DNA of 64,000 bases from Nostoc sp. DedSLP01 (GCA_034530875.2 JAVRCJ020000034.1:9625-73624), one strand, 5' to 3'. Positions 10,225-20,829 are shown, counted from the first letter of the stretch. The notes: generated by a model not told the origin, from the sequence alone. Numbers and translations: made by a program.

Positions 10225-11553
10225 ATGGAACGCAATCCTATTTTCCGCGAGACTCGGTTGCGGCTAGCAACTTGGTATGCCCTCGTCATGGGCGGTATTT
10301 TAGGGCTATCTGGTTTGGGTGTTTATAGTGTGGTTGCTCATGCTTATCATGAAACGATAGACCAAGGATTGCAATCAGTAACAGAGGCACTCCATAAAAC
10401 TATTGAACCTGCTTGGCAACAACCAGGACATTTAGAGCAACTTGCTAAAGAACTGTCCTTAGAATTATGTATACCTAAAACAAACTGTTTGTCTAAAACA
10501 ACTATTATTAAACATCCAATAGTCGAAGCAGCTAACTCTGTTAATTACTACATACACTTATTAGATCGTTCGGGAAAACTCTTTGCAAGTGCAGGTATAC
10601 AATTGAATAATTTATCAGTGAGATCATCATCACAAAATTGGCAAATTTTAACAGATTCTTCTGGGACTCAATACCGCCAAATCACTTTACCTTTGCATAC
10701 TCAAAACCAAGTTTCAGGTTATCTGCAAGTAGCACGGAGCCTCACTGATTTAGAGCAACATCTTGCTTATTTAAGATTAACTTTATTGCTGGGATTGCCG
10801 ATTTCGATGATTTTTGTTGCTTTGTCGAGTTGGTGGTTAGCAGGAAGGGCAATGCAGCCGATATATCATTCTTACCAACAAATGCAGCAATTTACTGCTG
10901 ATGCTGCTCATGAGTTCCGCACACCTTTAGCAGCAATGCACTCTACCATTGAAGCTGCTATTAGGTTACAGCAAAAACCAAAATTAAATGGTGAAATTTT
11001 AGATGTACTCAAACGCCAAAATCGTCGCTTATCGCAATTGGTAGGAGATTTGCTACTGTTGACAAGGATGGATCGAAAACAACTAACACAAGAATATCAA
11101 TCTTGCTGTTTAAACGATTTAATTAGCGATTTAATTGAAGAATTAGCATTTTTGGCAGTAGAAAATCAGGTCATTCTCTCGAAACAGGTGAAAGTTGCCA
11201 AAAAACTCTATGTTATGGGCAATGAAGAACAGCTTTATCGTTTAATTTCTAACTTAATTATTAATGCAATTCAAGCAACGCCTAGTGGAGGAAAAGTCAC
11301 TGTTTTTTTAGAAGATAGCGAACTTTGCGCCATTATCAAAATTCAAGATACAGGAGTTGGGATTGCTGTTGAACATCAAAACCGAATATTCGATCGCTTC
11401 TATCGAGTCGATCGCAATCGCTCTCGTAGTTCTGGCGGTTCGGGTTTGGGATTGGCCATAGCTTTGGCCATCGTTCAAGCACACGAAGGCAGTATTCACG
11501 TTCAAAGTCAACCAGGGTTGGGCAGTACATTCACAGTTCGCCTGCCTCTTTAA
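10225..11553 (+). CDS. rppB: Membrane sensor histidine kinase, RppB/NrsS-like
   Basis: Two TM segments; FTADAAHEFRTPL H-box; N, G1 (DTGVG), F and G2 (GSGLGL) boxes. Confidence 0.88.
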   Translation: MERNPIFRETRLRLATWYALVMGGILGLSGLGVYSVVAHAYHETIDQGLQSVTEALHKTIEPAWQQPGHLEQLAKELSLELCIPKTNCLSKTTIIKHPIVEAANSVNYYIHLLDRSGKLFASAGIQLNNLSVRSSSQNWQILTDSSGTQYRQITLPLHTQNQVSGYLQVARSLTDLEQHLAYLRLTLLLGLPISMIFVALSSWWLAGRAMQPIYHSYQQMQQFTADAAHEFRTPLAAMHSTIEAAIRLQQKPKLNGEILDVLKRQNRRLSQLVGDLLLLTRMDRKQLTQEYQSCCLNDLISDLIEELAFLAVENQVILSKQVKVAKKLYVMGNEEQLYRLISNLIINAIQATPSGGKVTVFLEDSELCAIIKIQDTGVGIAVEHQNRIFDRFYRVDRNRSRSSGGSGLGLAIALAIVQAHEGSIHVQSQPGLGSTFTVRLPL

Positions 11554-11636
11554 TTAAGATTTAATAATCAATTTTCACTATAAAGTGTTGGTGATTTGGG
11601 AATACTAACCCCAGAAATCACAAAAAAGTAGTCAGT

Positions 11637-14600
11637 ATGATCGGTACTCTTGTCAAGATTCCTGAATATAGCCTCACAGAAGAACTCTACAATGGTTCAA
11701 GAACTTTAGTTTATCGGGGATATCGAGAGACAGACTCATTAGCTGTGGCGATTAAACTGCTGAAAAATCCTTATCCCAGCTTCAATGAACTGGTACAGTT
11801 TCGCAATCAATATACGATTGCTAAAAATCTTAACTCACCCTTAATTATTCAAACCTACAGCCTAGAAGCTTACCAAAATGGTTATGGGCTGGTAATGGAA
11901 GACTTTGGCGGAATTTCTCTGAAACAATGGATTTCTCAAAGAAAAACTGCACTATCTATCGGGGAATTTTTACAACTAGCGATCGCTATGTGTAGCACTT
12001 TAGAAATACTCTATCATCAACGGATTATTCATAAAGATATTAAACCAAGCAATATATTAATAAATCCAGAAACTCAACAAATTAAATTAATAGACTTTAG
12101 TATTGCATCTTTGCTACCGCGAGAAACTCAAACTCTCGTTAATCCTAACGTACTAGAAGGAACGCTAGCTTATATTTCTCCAGAACAAACCGGAAGAATG
12201 AACCGAGGAGTTGACTACCGCAGTGACTTTTATTCTTTAGGTGTTACTTTTTACGAATTACTCACTGGTGAATTACCCTTCCAATCAAACGACCCGATGG
12301 AGTTGGTGCATTGCCATATTGCTAAAATGCCTACTCCTTTGGAAAATAAAAAAGAAATTCCCAAGGTAGTTTCAGATATTGTGATGAAGTTGATGGCGAA
12401 AAATGTTGAAGACCGCTATCAAAGTGCATTAGGACTGAAGTTAGATTTAGAAAATTGTTTAAATCAACTCCAGTCAACAGGCGAAATTAAGAGTTTTCCG
12501 ATTGCTCAACGAGATGCGTGCGATCGCTTTATTATCTCCGATAAACTCTATGGTCGAGAAGTAGAAATAGAAACCCTTCTACAAGCCTTTGAAAGAGTTA
12601 GCCTTGGTGCAACAGAAATTGTATTAGTTGCAGGGTTTTCTGGAATTGGAAAAACAGCAGTAGTCAACGAAGTGCATAAACCCATTGTGCGGCAACGCGG
12701 CTATTTTATCAAAGGCAAATACGACCAATTTCAACGTAATATACCCTTGAGTGCTTTTGTTGAAGCATTCCGAGATTTAATCGGGCAATTATTAACAGAA
12801 AATAATGTCAAACTTCAGGAATGGAAAAATAAGATATTAGAAGCAGTTGGCGAAAACGGACAGGTCATTATTGAAGTAATTCCAGAATTATCAAAAATTA
12901 TTGGTCAACAACCGCCCGTACCAGAATTATCAGGAATGGCGGCACAAAATCGCTTTAATTTATTATTCCAAAAATTTACCCAAGTTTTTACTAGTGCCGA
13001 ACATCCATTAGTAATATTTTTAGATGATTTGCAATGGGCAGATTCGGCATCATTGATGTTGATGCAGTTATTAATGGCTGATACCAAACATCTTCTATTA
13101 ATTGGAGCTTATCGGGATAACGAAGTTTCTCAATCGCATCCCTTAATGTTGACTTTGAATGATATTCAAACAACAAAAGCCACGATTAATACAATTACTT
13201 TAGCACCACTAGGTCAAGGTGAAGTTGAGCAATTAGTTAGCGATACACTCAAATGTCCAGAAAATTTGGCATTACCTCTGGCTCTACAGGTATATCAAGA
13301 AACTGAAGGTAATCCTTTTTTTGCTATACAATTTCTTAAAGCATTACACCAAGATGAATTAATTAAATTTAACTTGGAGTTAGGATATTGGTCATACAAC
13401 ATTACACAAACAAATCATCAAGCAATTGCAGATGATGTTGTGAAGTTTATGGTAGCTCAATTACAAAGACTGCCTCAATCAACTCAAAGAGCGTTGCAAT
13501 TAGCCGCTTGTATTGGCAATCAATTTGACTTATCAACTTTGGCAATTGTCTTGGAAGAAACAGAAATTGAAACGGCAGCTAGTTTATGGAAAGCTTTGCA
13601 AGAAGGTTTAATTTTACCGATTAGTGATGTTTATAAATTTTATCAAGGAGACGCTCCTGATACAGTAGCTCAGTCAAATGAAAATCTCGGTAAACAACTA
13701 GCTAAATATAAATTTCTACACGATCGAGTTCAACAAGCTGCTTATTCTCTAATTCCCGATCGCCAAAAACAAGCAACTCATCTCCAAATTGGACAATTGC
13801 TGTTGCAAAATTATTCCTTGGCAGAAAAAGAAGAAAAACTGTTTGATATTGTTGGGCATTTAAATCTAGGACAAGAGTTAATTACTGAATCGCAAGAGCG
13901 AGAAACCTTGGCTCAACTTAACTTAGCAGCAGGGAAAAAGGCTAAAAATTCTACTGCATACACCGCGGCCAGAGCCTATTTTCAGACTGGGATAGAACTG
14001 CTTACAACTAAATGCTGGCAAGAACAATATGAATTAACTTTAAATCTTTATGTTGCCGCCGCCGAAGCTAGCTATCTCAATGCTGACTTTGATGGGATGG
14101 AAAAAATAGCGCAACAGGTGTTGCAATCAGCCGAGAGTATTTTAGATAAAGTAAAAATTTACGAAATTCAAATTGCTGCCCAGACAGCCCAAACCAGACA
14201 TTTAGAAGCGATCGCAGTGGGTAGAGATGCACTCTTACAATTGGGAGTGGCACTACCTATCGAACCAAATGATGCTGAGATTGGTAAAGCTCTACAAATT
14301 CTCGCCAGTCAACTAGCAGGTAAACGAATTGAAGAATTGATTGACTTACCAGTAATGAGCGATCTGCAAGCGCAAGCAGCCATGCAACTGTTAGGAATGT
14401 TGTTTGCTCCTGTTTTTCAAGGAATGCCGGGTTTATTGCCATTAATTAGCTCTACAATGGTCAGTTTATCTCTACAGTTTGGTAATGCGCCCGCCTCCAC
14501 GGTGGGGTACGTGCTTCACGGTATGGTGCTGTGTGCCTTTTTAGGAGAAGTTGAGGCAGGCTATAGCTTTGGACAGTTGGCATTGCATTTACTAGAGCGT

Positions 14601-17066
14601 TTCAATCTGCCGGAATTAAAATCAACAATTTTAATTTTGTTTGGTGGTTTTATTCAGCATCGTCAAGAAAGCTTTTTGGCGACTATCCCGACGCTAAAAA
14701 ATGGTTTTGCGTCTGGTATGGAAACTGGCGATTTTTTACACGCTGGTTACAATGTATGCTGTTATAGTTATGCAGGCTTTTGGAGTGGTACGGAACTCAG
14801 CAGTTTAGAACTAGACATCGCCCCTTACAATGCTGCCTTGACTAACGCCAAGCAACATTCTGCCCAAACTTATCTAAGTTTAATGCGGCAGGCGGCAGAA
14901 AACTTTAGGGAACCCCGAATTCAGCCGGATTGTTTGAGTGGCACTATCTATGATGAAACTGCAATGTTGCCCAAGCACCGCCAAGCTAACGAACTGACGG
15001 TGATTGCCGAGCTTTATACCTACAAACTGTTGCTGGCTTATTCTTTTGGTAATTACAAAGCGGCAATAGATTATATTGACGAAGGTAAGCAGTATTTACT
15101 GGCAGTATCAGGATTAATTTTTATACCGATTTCCTATTTCTATACAGCTCTGACATACTTGGCAGTATCTCGCACTCTACCAGAAATTGAAAAAGCCGAA
15201 ATTCTCGCCCAAGTGGAAATCCATCAAAATTCTCTGCACCAATGGGCGCAATCTGCTCCTATGAATCATCTGCATAAATGGCATTTAGTTGAGGCAGAAA
15301 AACAACGAGTGTTGGGCAATAAAATCGAAGCAATTGAAAATTACGATCGCGCCATCTCCCTAGCTCATACCAACGGCTACATCCAAGAAGAAGCACTAAG
15401 CAATGAACTTTGCGCTCAATTTTACTTCGACTGGGGTAAAGAAAAGGTGGCTCAAGTATATATCCAGCAAGCATATTACTGTTATGCTCGTTGGGGAGCA
15501 AAAGCTAAAGTTGTTGAAATTGAAAAACGTTATGCCTCATTACTAGCTCCTATTATCCAGCAGGCTTCTCCTGCTTTCTCAACTAACCAAACACTCTTCA
15601 CTTTGGGGAATAATACCGCCATCACTTCCTATACTTCCAACAGTAGCAGCGTTTCTTCAGCTTTAGATTTAGGTACTATTCTCAAAGCTTCTCAAACTAT
15701 CTCCAGCGAAATTGAACTTGAAAAACTGCTATCATCATTGCTGCATATCGCGATTGAAAATGCTGGAGCAGATAAGTGCGTATTAATGTTGGTAGAGTCA
15801 GATAATTTATTGATTACGGCATTAGCCGAACTCAATGTTAGTGCTATTGAAGGCAAGGAAAATACAAAAGTCAAATTTTCTTCAATGTTGCTTAACTCAC
15901 AGCTTGTTGAAGAATCGAAGGATGTGCCAATTGGCTTAATTAACGCTGTCAAACGCACTTTAGAAGCAGTAGTAATTGTGGATGCTAACGAACATTTGCA
16001 ATTAATTAATGACCCCTATATTCAGCAACAGCAACCTAAAAGTATTTTATGCAGTCCAATACTAAATCAAGGAAAGTTGCTAGGCGTATTGTACCTAGAA
16101 AACAATGTCGCGGGTGGAGCATTTACTCACGATCGCGTTAAAGTACTTAATTTGCTGTGCGCCCAAGCCGCCATTTCATTGGAAAATGCCCGACTCTATC
16201 AACAAGCCGGGAAAGCACTAATTGATTTACAACAAGCCCAATTACAGATCATCCAAAGTGAAAAGATGTCTGCACTAGGTAATTTAGTGGCTGGGGTAGC
16301 GCACGAAATGAATAATCCCCTTGGTTTTATCGCTGCTAGCCTCAAACAAGCTAAACCTAGTATTAACGATTTGATCGAACACTTGAAACTATACGAGCAA
16401 AGTTTCCCCGCACCAGGAGATGAAATCAACGATCATGCCGAAGATATAGATTTAGAGTATACCTTAGAAGACTTACCTAAAATAATTGACTCCATGAATA
16501 TGGCGTGCGATCGCCTCAAGAATATTAGCACTAGTCTCCGCACTTTCTCTCGTGCCGATAAAGATTATAAAGTCCAGTTTAATATTCATAACGGTATTGA
16601 TAGTACAATTCTAATTCTCAAACATCGCCTAAAAGCTAACGAACAACGTCCGGCGATTGAAGTTATCGCTGAGTATGGAAATTTATCCCAGATACAATGC
16701 TTTCCCGGACAATTAAATCAGGTATTCATGAATATTCTTGCTAATGCGATTGATGCTTTAGAAGAATCAAATACTGGCAAGAACTTTACAGAAGTTCAAA
16801 GTAATCCTGGGTGCATTAAAATTACAACTTCGATTGAAGATACATCTGTAAAAATCTCAATTGCTGATAATGGAAAGGGAATGAGTGAATCCGTCAAACA
16901 GAAAATATTTGACCATCTATTTACTACCAAAGCTGTAGGAAAGGGGACTGGATTAGGACTGGCGATCGCTCGTCAAATCGTCGAAGAAACTCATGGTGGA
17001 AAACTAAGTTGTAAATCTGTTCTGGGAGCAGGTACAGAATTTACGATTGAAATACCAATTGTCTAA
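11637..17066 (+). CDS. Hybrid Ser/Thr kinase - AAA ATPase - GAF - histidine kinase (HstK/Pkn type)
   Basis: HKDIKPSN and DFS kinase motifs; Walker A GFSGIGKT; FLDDLQWAD; GAF (GVLYLEN); AHEMNNP; GTGLGL. Confidence 0.93.
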   Translation: MIGTLVKIPEYSLTEELYNGSRTLVYRGYRETDSLAVAIKLLKNPYPSFNELVQFRNQYTIAKNLNSPLIIQTYSLEAYQNGYGLVMEDFGGISLKQWISQRKTALSIGEFLQLAIAMCSTLEILYHQRIIHKDIKPSNILINPETQQIKLIDFSIASLLPRETQTLVNPNVLEGTLAYISPEQTGRMNRGVDYRSDFYSLGVTFYELLTGELPFQSNDPMELVHCHIAKMPTPLENKKEIPKVVSDIVMKLMAKNVEDRYQSALGLKLDLENCLNQLQSTGEIKSFPIAQRDACDRFIISDKLYGREVEIETLLQAFERVSLGATEIVLVAGFSGIGKTAVVNEVHKPIVRQRGYFIKGKYDQFQRNIPLSAFVEAFRDLIGQLLTENNVKLQEWKNKILEAVGENGQVIIEVIPELSKIIGQQPPVPELSGMAAQNRFNLLFQKFTQVFTSAEHPLVIFLDDLQWADSASLMLMQLLMADTKHLLLIGAYRDNEVSQSHPLMLTLNDIQTTKATINTITLAPLGQGEVEQLVSDTLKCPENLALPLALQVYQETEGNPFFAIQFLKALHQDELIKFNLELGYWSYNITQTNHQAIADDVVKFMVAQLQRLPQSTQRALQLAACIGNQFDLSTLAIVLEETEIETAASLWKALQEGLILPISDVYKFYQGDAPDTVAQSNENLGKQLAKYKFLHDRVQQAAYSLIPDRQKQATHLQIGQLLLQNYSLAEKEEKLFDIVGHLNLGQELITESQERETLAQLNLAAGKKAKNSTAYTAARAYFQTGIELLTTKCWQEQYELTLNLYVAAAEASYLNADFDGMEKIAQQVLQSAESILDKVKIYEIQIAAQTAQTRHLEAIAVGRDALLQLGVALPIEPNDAEIGKALQILASQLAGKRIEELIDLPVMSDLQAQAAMQLLGMLFAPVFQGMPGLLPLISSTMVSLSLQFGNAPASTVGYVLHGMVLCAFLGEVEAGYSFGQLALHLLERFNLPELKSTILILFGGFIQHRQESFLATIPTLKNGFASGMETGDFLHAGYNVCCYSYAGFWSGTELSSLELDIAPYNAALTNAKQHSAQTYLSLMRQAAENFREPRIQPDCLSGTIYDETAMLPKHRQANELTVIAELYTYKLLLAYSFGNYKAAIDYIDEGKQYLLAVSGLIFIPISYFYTALTYLAVSRTLPEIEKAEILAQVEIHQNSLHQWAQSAPMNHLHKWHLVEAEKQRVLGNKIEAIENYDRAISLAHTNGYIQEEALSNELCAQFYFDWGKEKVAQVYIQQAYYCYARWGAKAKVVEIEKRYASLLAPIIQQASPAFSTNQTLFTLGNNTAITSYTSNSSSVSSALDLGTILKASQTISSEIELEKLLSSLLHIAIENAGADKCVLMLVESDNLLITALAELNVSAIEGKENTKVKFSSMLLNSQLVEESKDVPIGLINAVKRTLEAVVIVDANEHLQLINDPYIQQQQPKSILCSPILNQGKLLGVLYLENNVAGGAFTHDRVKVLNLLCAQAAISLENARLYQQAGKALIDLQQAQLQIIQSEKMSALGNLVAGVAHEMNNPLGFIAASLKQAKPSINDLIEHLKLYEQSFPAPGDEINDHAEDIDLEYTLEDLPKIIDSMNMACDRLKNISTSLRTFSRADKDYKVQFNIHNGIDSTILILKHRLKANEQRPAIEVIAEYGNLSQIQCFPGQLNQVFMNILANAIDALEESNTGKNFTEVQSNPGCIKITTSIEDTSVKISIADNGKGMSESVKQKIFDHLFTTKAVGKGTGLGLAIARQIVEETHGGKLSCKSVLGAGTEFTIEIPIV

Positions 17067-17107
17067 TTCCTAAATTTTAGGGCGAATTCAACTAATTTAC
17101 TCAACAG

Positions 17108-18082
17108 TTAATTAGTTGAATTCTGTAAAACCTCAGCGATCGCTTGGGAAATTGGTAAGCCAGGACAGCGTTCTAGCCAAAAGAACTCGCCAACTGGGTT
17201 AACTTCAAGGAATACATACCGACCATCAGGCGTCAAAATGATATCAATAGCTCCGTAGTTCAAGCGAAATTCTGCCATGAGTTTGAGTAATTTATCTTCG
17301 ACATCTTCAGGCAGAGTGTATGGTTCCCAAGCATCAAGTAAAGCGATTCCTTGTTTGCGCCAATCGTAACGCGCCTTATCCAAAGCTTGAGAATCAACCG
17401 CAGCCGTCATGACGCGTTTGCCTACAATAGTTGTCCGCAATTCTAATGCCTTGGGAATTTTCTCTTGAAATGTCATTGGACAGAAACGTAAGCCATCAAG
17501 ATTGTCTAAATCCTCCGATGAGATGGGATTTGTAAATACTACTTTTTCTTCTCCTTTTTCGTCATAAATAGCAAAGGAAGAGAGCATTTTTGTAATTATT
17601 CCCTGTTGGCATTCTTGGGCAAATTTTTTCACCGCAACGGGATTATTTGTAGTTAATGTTAGTGGAGTATCTAAACCGACCTCTCGTGCTATTTGTAATT
17701 GCAATTGCTTATTGTCAGCTCGGCGAATATTTGGCACAGGGTCGAGATGAAAGCCTCTAATACTCGCAATCATTCCGTCAATGGTAACGCGAGATTCTTT
17801 GAGCGAAGCTTGTCTGAGTTGTATATCCATCGAATCGGGAATTCTTGAGCCAATGGCGATCCGGCGATACCAAACTGCTGATACTTCATTTAAATCTAAT
17901 ATTTGGTCATCGACGCTGATAGTAACTCGTTCGGTTTTCCCATAATAAACATCTAACTCGATTTCTGTAGGAAATCGGTCTGTGTCAAAACGAAATGCTT
18001 TTCCTCCTTGAGCTTCAATTGCCTGAATAACTAAAGGAATACTTTCGTTGTCTTGGCTGTGAGTAATGATTAAGACGGTCAT
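17108..18082 (-). CDS. mdnC: Microviridin ATP-grasp ligase, ester-forming (MdnC/MvdD)
   Basis: MTVLIITHSQDNESIPLVI...FRFDTDRFPTE N-terminus; VWYRR, KMLSSFAIY, FQEKIPK, FLEVNPVGEF. Confidence 0.92.
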   Translation of the reverse strand: MTVLIITHSQDNESIPLVIQAIEAQGGKAFRFDTDRFPTEIELDVYYGKTERVTISVDDQILDLNEVSAVWYRRIAIGSRIPDSMDIQLRQASLKESRVTIDGMIASIRGFHLDPVPNIRRADNKQLQLQIAREVGLDTPLTLTTNNPVAVKKFAQECQQGIITKMLSSFAIYDEKGEEKVVFTNPISSEDLDNLDGLRFCPMTFQEKIPKALELRTTIVGKRVMTAAVDSQALDKARYDWRKQGIALLDAWEPYTLPEDVEDKLLKLMAEFRLNYGAIDIILTPDGRYVFLEVNPVGEFFWLERCPGLPISQAIAEVLQNSTN

Positions 18083-18159
18083 TTTAAGATGAAATAATTT
18101 ACTTTTCAATTGGTTAAAAAGCAGTTTTATGAATAGATGATTCTGAATTATGGTTGCTC

Positions 18160-19152
18160 TTAATATTTAGGATTTTTTGCAAGTAATGCATCAGCGATCG
18201 CCTCTGCAATGGGATAATTTAAATCTCTCTCCAACATCCCCCATTCTCCGGTGGGATTAATTTCTAAAAATACATATTCTCCTGATGGCGTTTTAATAAA
18301 ATCAAATGCTCCAAATAACAATCCAAATTTTGCCATAAAAGCATCCAGACAACGGATTAATTTCTCAGGTAACTGATATGGTTGCCAGGTCACAACTTCT
18401 TGTGTCCCGCGTCGCCAATCTTGGGTAGAATCTTCATATTCAGATGCATCTAGCGCCCCAACAAACAGATTACCATTGACATAGACTGCACGTAATTCTA
18501 ATTGTTTGGGAATTTGCTCTTGAAGCACAATTGGGCAATAACGGAGTGTTTCAGCATCAATTAAATCTTCTTCTTTCACAGCGCTAGTGTACATGAAAAA
18601 AGAAGAGGCTTCCATACTATAAGAAAGAGGTCTGAGCAACTTGGCAACCATTTTTTTGTTCGCTTGTGCAAAAAACTCTCGTGCTTCTTGAGGATCGTTT
18701 GTGACGAGAGTCCGAGGTATGACAAGACCTACTTCCGATGCAATTCTCAGTTGGCGTAATTTGTTTTCCGCTGCATCGATACGCTGCAAATCATCCACCC
18801 AGTTAGCTGTTCTGAGGCTATCCCAAAAGCCATCTAAGGCTGCAAGTGACTCATTAGAACAAGCTGCTTCAAATTTTGGAGCCAATTCTTTACCTAAATC
18901 GGGTTGCCAAATACGCCGCATCCATACTGCTTGTACTTGCTCGGTATTGAGGGAAGTTTCGCCGTATTTAAGTGTATGATTACTGCCTGAGTTACTTAAA
19001 TTAGCCTGGAGTTTAACTGCGATGGGAAATTTATCGGTATCAAGGCGAAATGGTCGTGCGCCTCGTTTTGATACAGCTTCAGCAACTCTATCTATTGTAA
19101 AGTAATCACCACTGTGGGTAATTAATAAAACTACATCGCGTTCAAGGTGCAT
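18160..19152 (-). CDS. mdnB: Microviridin ATP-grasp ligase, amide-forming (MdnB/MvdC)
   Basis: VVLLITHSGDYFTIDRVAEA...FRLDTDKFP; FLEINPTGEWGMLE. Confidence 0.92.
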   Translation of the reverse strand: MHLERDVVLLITHSGDYFTIDRVAEAVSKRGARPFRLDTDKFPIAVKLQANLSNSGSNHTLKYGETSLNTEQVQAVWMRRIWQPDLGKELAPKFEAACSNESLAALDGFWDSLRTANWVDDLQRIDAAENKLRQLRIASEVGLVIPRTLVTNDPQEAREFFAQANKKMVAKLLRPLSYSMEASSFFMYTSAVKEEDLIDAETLRYCPIVLQEQIPKQLELRAVYVNGNLFVGALDASEYEDSTQDWRRGTQEVVTWQPYQLPEKLIRCLDAFMAKFGLLFGAFDFIKTPSGEYVFLEINPTGEWGMLERDLNYPIAEAIADALLAKNPKY

Positions 19153-19242
19153 AAATTATCTGAATTGGGTTTTTCGATTTTCCTTATTGTCAACTATTGA
19201 CGAAGCAAAGTATTAAAAAAACAAACTTAGTTTTAATGGGAA

Positions 19243-19265
19243 GCCAACCCCTAAATGGAGTTGGC
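19243..19265 (-). terminator. Stem-loop between the precursor gene and the ligase genes
   Basis: GCCAACCCCTAAATGGAGTTGGC, arms GCCAAC/GTTGGC. Confidence 0.4.
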
Positions 19266-19335
19266 AAAGCTAAAAGTATTTTATTATTGTGAGATTTTTT
19301 AAAATCGCACCTTTCTATGTACTTAGAAGTTGCAG

Positions 19336-19674
19336 TTAGCTTACAGCAGTTCCGCCGTCCTCATTATCCGAAGGGTATTTCAGAGTAACAAATTGCTCAT
19401 CATTATCGGATGGGTACTTTTTCGTTGCAACGACATCTTCTCGATCGGAAGGATACTTCAAAGTTTGGACAGGTTGATCGGCCTTCTTGTGAGTTTGGAT
19501 AGGTTGATCGGTCTTTTTGTTGGTTACAATGCACTTGATATCGCTAACTGATGTTCCACCGCTAATATCTTCCGATTCTTCTTCTGATAGGTCTTCAATA
19601 CCTTGCCCTTCTAAAAATCGGGCAAAGAATGGTACTGCTTGTGAATTAGCTTCTTCTGGTTTGTTTGCAGACAT
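19336..19674 (-). CDS. mdnA: Multicore microviridin precursor peptide
   Basis: PFFARFL leader motif, SGG double glycine, three TxKYPSD cores and two TxKKxD repeats. Confidence 0.95.
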   Translation of the reverse strand: MSANKPEEANSQAVPFFARFLEGQGIEDLSEEESEDISGGTSVSDIKCIVTNKKTDQPIQTHKKADQPVQTLKYPSDREDVVATKKYPSDNDEQFVTLKYPSDNEDGGTAVS

Positions 19675-20296
19675 AATTTTTTCTTAGGTAAACTAAAAGA
19701 TAAATTTACACCGGTGCAAAGCGTACTACATAGTATGTAATATATCAAGTAATAATCTCAGATAAAACTATTTTTTAATCTTACGTAAAAATACTTTGCA
19801 TTTATTTGGAAATGCAGCAATTAATTGAGTAATTCTTGTTAATTAATTTTCTACGGCAAAAGAAAAATTCTTTTTTACAGTATAGCTTAATATTACGGGA
19901 CTAATTTGCGATCGCCTGTGTTCGAGAAGCTCTCGTATCGGGGCAAAGCTATAATATTGCAAGTTTAGAACATGGCATCTAAAGCTATATATTTAATGCC
20001 ATTACAGTCAAGTCTACAAACTAATCGATAAACTACCTAAAGCACTTTTCCCCAGCATTATCTACTGAATATAAAGAATACCAAGGAGTAATTTTTACAA
20101 ATAAGTTTCCAAATCAAAGCAAATTAGTATAGGGTTTGTATACACAGTTTAACTTAATTAGCAATCATCCATAAGAATGAAATTTGAATATAGAATTTTA
20201 TTGATAATTAAGTTTAAAAAACTGTAAAATTGAAAGTTTGGCAATTTTAAAGTGTTTTAATAAAGTTATTAGCGAAAATTTTAGAGAAGCAAAAAC

Positions 20297-20749
20297 ATGA
20301 AAGGTTTCAGGAAGCTATCCTCGATAGCACTAATTCTATTTGCCTTTGTGTGTCCGCCCTCGTTAGCACAAGCGAAAGATATTTCTCTAAGTAACGGTCT
20401 TAACGAACAAACTGCGGCCTCAGAGCCTAACCTAGTTGAAAATCAAAAGCCAGAGCTTTTAATTGCTCAAAGGTATTCAGGACGATATCGTGTAATCCAA
20501 CGACGCGATCCTTTCGGACGAGTTCAGATAATCCGACAACGGGATGGTTTCAGACGATACGACAATATTCGAGGACGCGATCCTTTCGGACGATATTATG
20601 AGAATATTCGAGGACGCGATGGTTCTGAACGCTTCCAAAATAGACGACGGGAGCGTTTCGAGCGATTCCAAAATAGACGAGAACGCCAGATCAGACGCGA
20701 ACGCGAGTTGAGAAGACGACAACGAGAGTATAGGCGTCAATGGTATTAG
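20297..20749 (+). CDS. Putative secreted Arg-rich low-complexity repeat protein
   Basis: Signal-peptide-like N-terminus (…SLAQA); repeats RDPFGR, NIRGRD and ERFQNRR. Confidence 0.7.
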   Translation: MKGFRKLSSIALILFAFVCPPSLAQAKDISLSNGLNEQTAASEPNLVENQKPELLIAQRYSGRYRVIQRRDPFGRVQIIRQRDGFRRYDNIRGRDPFGRYYENIRGRDGSERFQNRRRERFERFQNRRERQIRRERELRRRQREYRRQWY

Positions 20750-20829
20750 TCATTAGTCCTTGGTCATTGGTCATTAGTATTATTGAACACAAAAAATTGT
20801 GTATAAATACTAATGACTAATGAATCGAA

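Noticed and set aside
11637..17066. Hybrid Ser/Thr-His kinase as a novel architecture
   Set aside because: A known multi-copy family in filamentous cyanobacteria
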